A stretch of 64,000 nt of DNA from Leptolyngbyaceae cyanobacterium (GTDB lineage Bacteria; Cyanobacteriota; Cyanobacteriia; Phormidesmidales; Phormidesmidaceae): assembly GCA_965263355.1 (NCBI GenBank), contig CBDHHL010000056.1, positions 320,001 through 384,000 of the forward strand, read 5' to 3'. A program made the position numbers and the translations under genes. The stretch's first letter is position 1, and every line of letters starts with the position of its first letter. Shown piece by piece: positions 18,765-27,566 of this stretch. The notes under the pieces are model-generated. The model had not been told where the DNA came from, ran no database searches, and saw nothing but the letters and a program-made list of their open reading frames with translations.

Positions 18765-19157
18765 ATGGGAATGCAAGTTGTCGCTGGGGCCATGCTTAAA
18801 TGTCCTTTTGGTGTTGCCCCCAGTGTCTTAAACGTTTTACCAAAAGGCCCACCCGTTATGGCATCTGGTCCCCTAGCTGCCACCATTATGGACTATGCGC
18901 CCGTCGTCAATATTCCGCCGTTTGGCATGTGTAGTTCTTTAGCAAATCCCACCGTTGCCAGTGCTACGGCGGCGGCCTTAGGGGTACTTACCCCCATGCC
19001 CTGTTTACCGGTTATTCCAGCCCCCTGGGCACCCGGTTCACCCACTGTACACATTAACAACTTTCCAGCGCTTAATAACAGTTCAAAATGTATGTGTACT
19101 TGGGGCGGTGTGATCACAATTGTTAACCCTGGTCAGTTTACGGTTCAGATTCCATAA
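18765..19157 (+). CDS. DUF4280 PAAR-like spike tip
   Basis: VVAGAMLKCPFG, NIPPFGMCSSLANP, PMPCLP..PW.PG, SKCMCTWGGVITI. Confidence 0.92.
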   Translation: MGMQVVAGAMLKCPFGVAPSVLNVLPKGPPVMASGPLAATIMDYAPVVNIPPFGMCSSLANPTVASATAAALGVLTPMPCLPVIPAPWAPGSPTVHINNFPALNNSSKCMCTWGGVITIVNPGQFTVQIP

Positions 19158-19235
19158 CTAATTTTCCTGCTAATACCCATCACTAACGGGGCACTCTCAA
19201 TGAGTAACAACTCTCGTTAATCTTATGGGTCCATA

Positions 19236-20039
19236 ATGACCAATGCTTTCCCAAACACTCCTCAGAAACAACTCAAGCTTCCAGGCATTTTGGGGGGATT
19301 AGGCCCTTTGGCCCATATTGAGTTTGAACAACGCTTGCTACACCATAGCTCGCGTCGGGGTGCACAGTGCGATCAGGATCATCCTAATTGGATAGTTCTC
19401 AGTGCTGCGTCAACCCCAGATCGAACTCAAAGTTTACTGAGAGAAGGACCAGACTGTGTCCCCAACTTGATACGTGGTGCGTGCCAGCTAGAGGCCATGG
19501 GAGCTGACTTCTTGATAGTGCCTTGTAACACTGCCCACGGGTTTTACCATACGGTACAGACCCAACTAGGCATTCCCTGGCTGCATATGATGGATACAAC
19601 AGCAGCTTATATTGCCCGTTATTTTCCCAATGTGCGGCAGTTGGGAGTGTTGGCAACGGATGGAACGTTGCGATCGCAACTCTACACCCCCAGTCTCGCC
19701 CAATATGGCATCTCTCCGATTTCACCCCCCTTGAAATCGCCTATTCAGCATCGCGTTATGCAAGCCATTTACTCGCCAGACTGGGGCATTAAAGCCACGG
19801 GTGCCTGGGTTTCAGACATTGCCCTGATTGAACTTATCGTCGCGTCTCGCTGGTTAGCCGCCCAAGGCGCAGAGCTGATCATCGCCGGATGTACCGAAAT
19901 ATCCATCGGGTTAACCAAACTTAGTCAGCTACCCATTAACTGGGTCGACCCCCTTGATGTCATGGCCAATCTTACCCTTGACCTTGTTTACGGTATTACT
20001 CCAGTTCAACCTGTTGTGTCAGCCAAACGCTTCCCATGA
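19236..20039 (+). CDS. aspartate/glutamate (amino acid) racemase family
   Basis: GILGGLGPLA, PDRT, catalytic VPCNTAH and AGCTEI, VLATDGT. Confidence 0.9.
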   Translation: MTNAFPNTPQKQLKLPGILGGLGPLAHIEFEQRLLHHSSRRGAQCDQDHPNWIVLSAASTPDRTQSLLREGPDCVPNLIRGACQLEAMGADFLIVPCNTAHGFYHTVQTQLGIPWLHMMDTTAAYIARYFPNVRQLGVLATDGTLRSQLYTPSLAQYGISPISPPLKSPIQHRVMQAIYSPDWGIKATGAWVSDIALIELIVASRWLAAQGAELIIAGCTEISIGLTKLSQLPINWVDPLDVMANLTLDLVYGITPVQPVVSAKRFP

Positions 20040-21139
20040 TTGATATATCATCCCGACGACGACTTCAATGGATGTCGCGCTTTGTTATTTTAAGCCTTTT
20101 GGTTGGCCTGTTTCAGCTGACTGTTGCAGTTACCCCGACCCTGGCTAGTACATTGAGTACCCTGCAATTAGGCAGTGAGGGAGAGGCGGTTGAACAGCTA
20201 CAAACACAGTTACAAACGCTGGGATACTTGGACTCAGAGATTAATGGGGTTTATAACCACTCTACCCAACTCGCTGTTCAAGCCTTTCAAAGGGACCGTA
20301 ATATGTTGTGGGCCGATGGCATAGCTGGTGAGGAAACTCAGCGTCAGCTTGCGGGTCAAGGAGAGGATTTATACATTTCCCGTACAGAAATGTCCGCTGA
20401 TATTGAGCGTATTCTCAATCGAGGTAAATTAATTGTTGCTTTACTGGGGGCTGACAATGCTCCCTTCTTTATGGGAGATAATCCACCAGCGGGATTAGAC
20501 ATCAAAATTTCACAGGGATTGGCTGATGCCTTGGGGGTGGATTTAGAATTTAACCGTTCGGCAGATACGTTTAATGATGTCGTTGACCAAGTATACCAGC
20601 TGAAGGCCGATATTGCCATTTCTAAACTAAGTCGCACCCTAAGCCGAGCAAAACGAGTACAATTCTCTCGGCCTTATGTCACCATGCGTCAGGGGTTGTT
20701 GGTAAATCGGGTGCAGTTAGCTGAACAAACTGAAGGAAATCAGGTGATTGAAGCCATTCGTAACTTTAGCGGCAACGTCGGTGTGATTCAAGGCTCATCC
20801 TACGTTGGTTTTATCAAACAAAAATTTCCTAAAGCGACCATTAAAGAATATCCTACCTGGGATGACATTGTAGACGCTGTTATTAACGGTGATATTCAGG
20901 CAGCCTACCGCGATGAACTCGAAGTTAAAAAGATTATTTATAAAAATCCTGACGCTGCCCTCAGGTTACAAACAATCGCCTTAAATGACACCCAAGATCA
21001 AATTGCGATGGCTCTACCCTGGGATAGTCGTCATTTACGAGACTTTGTTAATCAGTATTTAGAAACCTTTAGTTTCGACTATACAGCTGATGCAGTTCTA
21101 GAAGAATATGCCGATTATTTGCAGCTGAAAAAAGAATAA
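20036..21139 (+). CDS. peptidoglycan-binding domain fused to amino-acid substrate-binding (family 3) domain
   Basis: Signal peptide; LQLGSEGEAVEQLQTQLQTLGY...AVQAFQRD..ADGIAG (PG_binding_1); IERILNRGKLIVA, GLDIKISQGLADALGV, FSRPY. Confidence 0.85.
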   Translation: MIDISSRRRLQWMSRFVILSLLVGLFQLTVAVTPTLASTLSTLQLGSEGEAVEQLQTQLQTLGYLDSEINGVYNHSTQLAVQAFQRDRNMLWADGIAGEETQRQLAGQGEDLYISRTEMSADIERILNRGKLIVALLGADNAPFFMGDNPPAGLDIKISQGLADALGVDLEFNRSADTFNDVVDQVYQLKADIAISKLSRTLSRAKRVQFSRPYVTMRQGLLVNRVQLAEQTEGNQVIEAIRNFSGNVGVIQGSSYVGFIKQKFPKATIKEYPTWDDIVDAVINGDIQAAYRDELEVKKIIYKNPDAALRLQTIALNDTQDQIAMALPWDSRHLRDFVNQYLETFSFDYTADAVLEEYADYLQLKKE

Positions 21140-21210
21140 CCACACGCCTTTTTAGGGGGCACGGCAGTGCGCGCCTAGGATTTCATTACTTATATTCCTC
21201 TAAAGTCGTT

Positions 21211-22539
21211 ATGACAATTAATTCAGCAACCAAACAACAGCAGCTTTGGTCAAATACTCTCTCCCTTAAATGGTTACGCAGTCCCTGGGCAATTCTAATT
21301 AGTGTTGCTCTGGCTATTTATATAGGCACAGTTCATCAAGAGTTTGCCATTCTATTAGCACCCCTAGGAAACTTTTATTTAGGGTTGCTCAAGATGTGTG
21401 TGCTGCCCATCCTGTTAGCCGCTATTACCACCAGCATTGGTCGATTGATGCAGAGCAGTAATGCCGCCCAGTATATCAAACGTATCCTGGTGATTTTTCC
21501 CCTAGGGCTGTTAGCGGCCAGTGGCTTGACCGTTATGCTTGCAGCTATTTTGGGGCCTGGACGTAATTTATCCACAAAAACATTAGAGTCTTTAGGGGTG
21601 CTGGTTAATGACTCTGGCATTGATTTAGAAATGTCTTTGACAGGGCCGATTCCTGAAGAATCCTCCAAGGGTATGGCATCTTTTCTGATTAATCTAGTCC
21701 CCGAAAATATTTTTAGTGCCCTGAGTCAAGGAGAAACCTTAAAGGTACTCATTTTTTCCATTATTGTGGGCATGTCGCTGGGGTTGATTCGCGATCGCGT
21801 CACCGAACCTTGCTTTGATATTTTAGAAGCAGTTTATAAAACATTTAATCAATTGATCAACTGGCTGACCATGGTCCTACCGATTGGCCTCTTTAGTCTT
21901 TTGGCGTATCAACTTTCCCAACAGGGACTGGATGTGATGCTATCGATGATTAATTTTGTCATCGCCGCCCTAATTACCTTTGTAGTGATATATGTGCTAA
22001 GCCTGTTGGTCGTCTGGCAACAATCCAAAATGCCGTTTATTAAGGTTCTGGCAGCTCTACGCGAACCAACCATCTTAGCGTTAGCTACATCCAGTAGTCT
22101 GGCTTGTCTCCCATCCGCCATTAGCCAGTTAACTGAAGCCCTAAATTTTAGTCGTCAAACGGCAAATCTGGTTACACCGCTTGCAATTACCCTTTGTCGA
22201 TTTGGCTCAGTGATTTACTTTGCCCTAGGTTCAGTATTTGTGATGCAGCTATATGACAAGCCCATTGATTTAGGTAACGTCATGATTGTAATTATTGGGG
22301 CCATTTTTGCTGGGATGGCGTCAGCAGGTGTGACCGGCATTCTCACCCTAACTATGCTCGGTATTGTATTGGAACCATTGCAGCTACCGCTAGAGGCCGT
22401 CTTGGTGCTATTTGTCGCCATTGACCCAATTATGGATCCGTTTCGTACCCTGGGGATTGTCCATACTGGCATTGCAGCAACTGCTATAATCGCTGATAAA
22501 TCCAGCGGAAACAGTATTATAACCGGTCTTGATGCCTAA
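21211..22539 (+). CDS. dicarboxylate/amino acid:cation symporter (DAACS, GltP-like)
   Basis: Multi-TM; LLKMCVLP, VPENIFSAL, ATSSSLACLP, IDPIMDPFRT. Confidence 0.9.
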   Translation: MTINSATKQQQLWSNTLSLKWLRSPWAILISVALAIYIGTVHQEFAILLAPLGNFYLGLLKMCVLPILLAAITTSIGRLMQSSNAAQYIKRILVIFPLGLLAASGLTVMLAAILGPGRNLSTKTLESLGVLVNDSGIDLEMSLTGPIPEESSKGMASFLINLVPENIFSALSQGETLKVLIFSIIVGMSLGLIRDRVTEPCFDILEAVYKTFNQLINWLTMVLPIGLFSLLAYQLSQQGLDVMLSMINFVIAALITFVVIYVLSLLVVWQQSKMPFIKVLAALREPTILALATSSSLACLPSAISQLTEALNFSRQTANLVTPLAITLCRFGSVIYFALGSVFVMQLYDKPIDLGNVMIVIIGAIFAGMASAGVTGILTLTMLGIVLEPLQLPLEAVLVLFVAIDPIMDPFRTLGIVHTGIAATAIIADKSSGNSIITGLDA

Positions 22540-23978
22540 CGACTCCTATAGGTATGACGTACTTGCTTAGCATGTCTCAACAACATTTCTAGTTTTTGAC
22601 GATCGCCACCGGTACTCTCACCATTTTGATCAATTTCTGTCTTTAATAATTTTACTTGCTCAGACAAGCTCTGTTGGCGACTCATGACCACAATGGCCAT
22701 GGCATTAAACAATTTAGCCAGTTTGCTAAACTCATCCGGTCGCGCAATCACATGGGCTAATGTGCGAGGATCAAACCGATTATGTTTGATCTCATCAGCT
22801 GCTTGATTAAGCTTATTGATCGGACGAATAATATGCAGAGCTGCCGCCAAAGCTAATAACGAAGCAATTGCAGTGATACCAACACCAATAATCAGAGTAT
22901 GTCGGGCTGTTTCCCGAATTTTTGCCATATAGTCATTTTGAGGAATCGTCAAACCAACTATCCAATCAAGCCCTAAATCGTTTATATGGCGAATATAAAC
23001 ATGTTGTTTCTCGCCATCTAGCTCAAACTTAAACGAGTAATGCTCCTCCATCTGGCTAAGATCGTCAATATTTTCTAGCAGATGATTAACGGTTTCTCGT
23101 ATTAATTTATTTTGGCTGTTGGTTGCTGCTAGCCGCAGTTTCTCGTCCCCCTGTACAATAAACGGTTTTTCATTAGCAGAAACTGCAATCACATCTCCAG
23201 AGGTCTCAATGATAAATGCTTTACCATTGGGACTCACAAACAAATCTTTGAGAAAGTCACTGAGTTCAAAGAGATAAACATCTATGCCAAATACGCCTTG
23301 CAAGTTACCAGAACGATCAAAAATAGGGGTGGCACGAGTCAATGTTAGATCAGCTCTAGACTTAGCAATATAAACCTGACTCCAAACAGGGACTCTGTTG
23401 AACGCGGCTTCTTTATACCAAGTCCTAATGCGAGGGTCATAGTCAGTTACCTTGAGCTGCTTAGTTAGCTGAGTTCCATTTTTCACTTCATAGGCAATGC
23501 GCTGAAAGTTCGTGGCTTTATCCACAAAGTCCATACGGTTCACATTATTGAAATGTTCGCTATAGACAAATTCTCCTAACTCGTTTCCGTAGTAAAGGTT
23601 ATTTGTTAAATTCTCTGACTGGGTAAATGTCCATAGGGTTTGACCCAATTCACGAATATCTTCAATGTTCAAGTTACCACTGGCAACTTCTGCCTCAATT
23701 ACAGACGAAATTAAAGATGGTTTGGTCAAATAACTGTCGACCTGTTTTTCAATATTAGCCGCAACCTCTGCACTGATTTTGCCCACTAGCTCATCAACAG
23801 CTTTCTGCCCATTGCGAAAGGCTAACCAACTGGTCAAAAGAATACCGGACACTAAGGGTGTAACTACACACAGGGGTAAACTCCAGCGAATAGAGACTAG
23901 CTGTTTAGTTGTGTTTAATCCAGTCGTTATGCCAGTGGATAAAGAACTCTTAAATCGTGATATCATCAGCGTTCTCAA
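22536..23978 (-). CDS. membrane sensor: TM-Cache-TM-HAMP with no recognisable output domain
   Basis: YDPRIRTWYKEA, WSQVY, GVFGID (dCache); IIRPINKLNQAADEI..RPDEFSKLAKLFNAM (HAMP); only about 50 aa follow. Confidence 0.8.
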   Translation of the reverse strand: MRTLMISRFKSSLSTGITTGLNTTKQLVSIRWSLPLCVVTPLVSGILLTSWLAFRNGQKAVDELVGKISAEVAANIEKQVDSYLTKPSLISSVIEAEVASGNLNIEDIRELGQTLWTFTQSENLTNNLYYGNELGEFVYSEHFNNVNRMDFVDKATNFQRIAYEVKNGTQLTKQLKVTDYDPRIRTWYKEAAFNRVPVWSQVYIAKSRADLTLTRATPIFDRSGNLQGVFGIDVYLFELSDFLKDLFVSPNGKAFIIETSGDVIAVSANEKPFIVQGDEKLRLAATNSQNKLIRETVNHLLENIDDLSQMEEHYSFKFELDGEKQHVYIRHINDLGLDWIVGLTIPQNDYMAKIRETARHTLIIGVGITAIASLLALAAALHIIRPINKLNQAADEIKHNRFDPRTLAHVIARPDEFSKLAKLFNAMAIVVMSRQQSLSEQVKLLKTEIDQNGESTGGDRQKLEMLLRHAKQVRHTYRSR

Positions 23979-24069
23979 TAGAGGTTCAGGCTAAATCGAA
24001 AATCCCCTATTAAGATGCCCGTAAGCCTCCTCAAATCAACATAATTTGCTGACGTACTTAATGGAGTGC

Positions 24070-24789
24070 CTACTTCTCAAGGGAGAGAGAGTAGCAAAAA
24101 CGATCGGCTCGCGAAATTGTTTCTCCGTGTAAGATGGGTGCCCGACCACTCGTGTATGCAGTATATCGATACACAATTAGAGGCTGACCAAGGGGAGCTT
24201 CTAAATAACCACTCATTTCATAATCAGCATGGGTACATTCAATCACCGCATCAATCTGCTCAATTACTACACCATTTGCTTCAAGGGTAGGAAACGTCAT
24301 TTGCTGTTTCAACTGAGTACTAAATTGCTGTCCAAGTTCTGACACAATATAGCTGATATCAACTGCTCCAATGACACCATCCATCTGTAACAGTTTCTTT
24401 TGCAAATAAACTGTTGATTTGTTGGGCAGCTGTAAGAACGTCTGAACAGTGTTAGGAGGACGAATTTTTCTAAAAGTAAGATTTTCGAACGTAAACTGGA
24501 TCCCTTTACGGGTTAGATCTTGTTCTAAAAAAACTAGTGGACTAACCAATGAGTAGGCTACCTTTTGCCTTGGCGTAACAAAAACTCCTCGCCCCTGCTG
24601 CGCTTTTACTAGCCCCTGATTAACCAAATTAGCAATGGCTCGCCTGACGGTAATACGACTGACATTAAAGGACTCCATTAGCTGGTGCTCACTCGGTAAC
24701 TTTTCACCAGGCAAATAGCTACCTGCCTCAATCTGCTGACGAAGCTTTTCTGAAATAGTGATGTGTAGGGGAATCGATGTCGATGACAT
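24070..24789 (-). CDS. GntR family (HutC/UTRA) transcriptional regulator
   Basis: PGEKLPSEHQLMESFNVSRITVRRAIANLVNQGLV..QQGRGVFV plus UTRA-like C-terminus. Confidence 0.93.
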   Translation of the reverse strand: MSSTSIPLHITISEKLRQQIEAGSYLPGEKLPSEHQLMESFNVSRITVRRAIANLVNQGLVKAQQGRGVFVTPRQKVAYSLVSPLVFLEQDLTRKGIQFTFENLTFRKIRPPNTVQTFLQLPNKSTVYLQKKLLQMDGVIGAVDISYIVSELGQQFSTQLKQQMTFPTLEANGVVIEQIDAVIECTHADYEMSGYLEAPLGQPLIVYRYTAYTSGRAPILHGETISRADRFCYSLSLEK

Positions 24790-24830
24790 GTGGGACTAAC
24801 TATGTCAGGATTTGCTGAAATAGCACCTAG

Positions 24831-24879
24831 GCTTGTTATACCAGCTATGGTGTGCTAATTTTTACTTGTTATGACAAGT
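24831..24879. promoter_or_regulatory. candidate GntR operators
   Basis: Palindrome ACTTGT-TATG-ACAAGT at 24864-24879 and degenerate GCTTGTTATACCAGC at 24831-24845, in the divergent intergenic region. Confidence 0.6.
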
Positions 24880-24938
24880 GCTGCAATAGGTCCGAAACTT
24901 CAGACCTTGCAGACGCTGGATCCATTAGGGTTTAAAAG

Positions 24939-25868
24939 ATGTTAACTGACTCGGTTCAATCCCCTAAAGCATCGGTATCAGAACCTCATAAAATCTTAGC
25001 TATTTGTGAGCTTAAGGCATTAAATACACGTACTAATCTAAACGGTTACATTAGATTAGGCTTGCATGTGGCTGTGCTTGGGGTTAGTGGCTACCTGTGG
25101 GGCAGCCTATCTGGCTGGCTAAAGGTACCCACCCTGCTTATTTATGGGATTGGCCTAGCCTTGATGTTTTGCCCAACCCACGAATGTGTTCACCGCACTG
25201 CATTTGCTGATTCTAAGGTTAATGATGGCGTAGGTTGGTTTACTGGTTTGCTATCGTTTTATAACAGTACGTTTTATCGGTACTACCACAAATGGCACCA
25301 TCGCTACACACAGATTGCGGGTAAAGATCCTGAATTAGATGATCCCAGGCCAGAAAGTTTAGGACAGTATCTGTGGCTATTGAGCGGTATTCCCTGGTGG
25401 CGAGGCAAGTTTAAAGGTCATCTAAAGGTCGCTTTTGGACACCTAGAAGACTGTTACTTTTTGCCACAAAGTTCCCATGCAGACATTATACAATCCACTC
25501 GTTTGCAGTTGGGGACATATGTTGTCATGGGTATGATTTCATCAGCCCTAGGCCATCCCTGGTTTATTGTTATCTATTGGTTGTTACCGCTAGCAATAGG
25601 GCAACCCTTTCTCAGGTTTGTTCTCATTGCAGAGCATACAGGTTGTACGGAGGATGATAATCCTTTGACGAATACGCGGACAACATTAACCCTGTGGCCG
25701 CTACGTCTACTGATGTGGAATATGCCGTACCATGCTGAACACCATCTTTATCCGTCGATTCCCTTTCATGCCTTGCCGGAGGCTCACCAGAGTCTGAAAG
25801 ACTATTTTTCTTGGGTTGATGCAGGGTATGTGCAGGTAAATCGTGATATTGTTGCGAGACTTGGATAA
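24939..25868 (+). CDS. fatty acid desaturase-superfamily di-iron membrane enzyme (MocD-like)
   Basis: His boxes HECVH, HKWHH, EH and YHAEHHLYP. Confidence 0.85.
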   Translation: MLTDSVQSPKASVSEPHKILAICELKALNTRTNLNGYIRLGLHVAVLGVSGYLWGSLSGWLKVPTLLIYGIGLALMFCPTHECVHRTAFADSKVNDGVGWFTGLLSFYNSTFYRYYHKWHHRYTQIAGKDPELDDPRPESLGQYLWLLSGIPWWRGKFKGHLKVAFGHLEDCYFLPQSSHADIIQSTRLQLGTYVVMGMISSALGHPWFIVIYWLLPLAIGQPFLRFVLIAEHTGCTEDDNPLTNTRTTLTLWPLRLLMWNMPYHAEHHLYPSIPFHALPEAHQSLKDYFSWVDAGYVQVNRDIVARLG

Positions 25869-25892
25869 CTCATCTTTCTGTAGGTAACAACA

Positions 25893-26897
25893 ATGTCATC
25901 CCCTAAGAGTTTTGTTTTGAAGAATTTTTCTCTGCAGTGTGGTGTGATGTTGCCCGAGGCAACGGTTGTGTATCAGACCTACGGAGAACTCAATTCTGAG
26001 CGTAATAATGGGGTGCTGTATCCTACGTCTTACGGAGCGCAGCACTCGGATGTGGACTGGTTAGTGCGCCTGGGTGGAATTTTAGATCCAACAGATTGGT
26101 TTGTGATTATGCCAAATATGTTTGGCAATGGGCTTTCCACATCGCCAAGTAACTGTGAGGCGGTTAAGGAAGCAGGCGTTTACTTCACCCATTACGACAA
26201 TGTTCGGGCGCAGGCAGCGTTGTTGGACTGTTTGGGTATTGAGCAGTTGGCTTTGGTGTACGGCTGGTCCATGGGAGCACAGCAAGGATATCACTGGGGA
26301 GTGCTTTATCCTGAACGGGTACAGCGGATTGCGGCATTGTGTGGTACAGCTAAGACAACTGACCATAATCGGGTTTTTCTATATAGTTTAAGGGCGGCAT
26401 TACAGGGTGATCCGGCCTGGAATGGTGAGCGGTTTGAGGGTATACCAGAAACGGGCTTTCATACGTTTACGCAGATTTATGCGAGTTGGGCGGCATCACA
26501 GCCGTATTATCGAGCTAAGCCTTATTTGGCGTGGGGATATGATTCTTTAGAAGATTATTTGCTGCGTAGCTGGGAGGCGGGGTATCGGCGGCGGGATCCC
26601 CATAATTTGCTGGCGATGATTGAGACGTGGCTGCACTGTGATGTGGGGAATAATCCGGTCTACACAGGTGATTATGTTAAGGCGATGGGGGCGATCTCAG
26701 CGAAGACATTGGTGATGCCTGCTAGTACAGATCTGTACTTTACGCCGGAGGACTGTGAGGTTGAGGCAAAGTTGATTCCTCATAGCACATATACCGTGAT
26801 TCCTTCAATTTGGGGCCATCGAGCGGGTAATCCTTACCAGAATCCTGAGGACGAGGCATTTATTAAGCAGGCAGTTGCGCAGTTGCTGAATAGTTAG
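25893..26897 (+). CDS. alpha/beta hydrolase, homoserine acetyltransferase-like
   Basis: YQTYGELN, GNGLSTSPSN, GWSMGA nucleophile elbow, DLYF, SIWGH. Confidence 0.85.
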   Translation: MSSPKSFVLKNFSLQCGVMLPEATVVYQTYGELNSERNNGVLYPTSYGAQHSDVDWLVRLGGILDPTDWFVIMPNMFGNGLSTSPSNCEAVKEAGVYFTHYDNVRAQAALLDCLGIEQLALVYGWSMGAQQGYHWGVLYPERVQRIAALCGTAKTTDHNRVFLYSLRAALQGDPAWNGERFEGIPETGFHTFTQIYASWAASQPYYRAKPYLAWGYDSLEDYLLRSWEAGYRRRDPHNLLAMIETWLHCDVGNNPVYTGDYVKAMGAISAKTLVMPASTDLYFTPEDCEVEAKLIPHSTYTVIPSIWGHRAGNPYQNPEDEAFIKQAVAQLLNS

Positions 26898-27204
26898 ATG
26901 GATGTTCGACTTAAGTTTTTCTAGCTGGTTTAGGTGCTGAGGTTTGAAAACTATGCCATGGTGGTTTTCTCAAGATTTAGTCACTGTTAGCAACAGCAAT
27001 AGAAGAACTCAGTTTAAATTTTTGTTGCATTGCTGCTGCGATGCCAAATGTTAACCGATATCACAGTGAATCAATAGGTCAAGTGTTGTACGATACAAAA
27101 ATCAAGTCAGTAGTAGCATCTGTAGGATTTTGATTGCATTTTGAATAAGTTCTCAAACTCTAGCGCTATTTAACGGTAATTGATGCCCCATCAGGAGATG
27201 TATT

Positions 27205-27366
27205 ATGCTACCTGCTTTACCGATTTTAGTGTTTGGTACATTATTTATCATGTGGAGTCGTACTAGTCTGGCTCCTGTGAAAGAATTGCCGCCAAAAGAT
27301 AACAGTGCTGATGGCAATGATAATAAAATTATTGTCAAAGTTGTTGCTGCTGACGAAGCTGCATAA
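27205..27366 (+). CDS. small single-TM protein (53 aa), not in ORF track
   Basis: AGGAG RBS then MLPALPILVFGTLFIMWSRTSLAPVKELPPKDNSADGNDNKIIVKVVAADEAA*. Confidence 0.6.
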   Translation: MLPALPILVFGTLFIMWSRTSLAPVKELPPKDNSADGNDNKIIVKVVAADEAA

Positions 27367-27412
27367 ATGATGAAGCAACGGTAAGAAAAGTCTGTAGATG
27401 ATGTGCCTGTTG

Positions 27413-27439
27413 GTAGGGGCTGCACCTTGTGTCTGCCCC
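27413..27439. repeat. degenerate GTAG-type REP-like element
   Basis: GTAGGGGCTGCACCTTGTGTCTGCCCC imperfect hairpin. Confidence 0.5.
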
Positions 27440-27566
27440 AATATCAACTGAGGGATTGAATATGGTGGTGTTTGGGTAAAAGAGCATTGAGAAAGTCTAC
27501 CAGCAATGATTTGTTGGCTTTGCTGCCAAATACTTGAACGAACAAAAACCATGTCTCCTGACGGGT

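Noticed and set aside
3742..19157. Prophage or T6SS
   Set aside because: No capsid, terminase, integrase or TssJLM/ClpV genes in the window; DUF4255, Afp15-type ATPase and single-chain sheath indicate eCIS
21150..21180. TAGGGGGCACGGCAGTGCGCGCCTA as a regulatory element
   Set aside because: Looks like a decayed REP-like hairpin; too degenerate to call
25893..26897. Naming the gene metX
   Set aside because: Fold similarity only; the context does not support methionine biosynthesis
27153..27552. Minus-strand ORFs 27153-27425 and 27241-27552
   Set aside because: No motifs; a plus-strand 53-aa ORF with an RBS explains the region better
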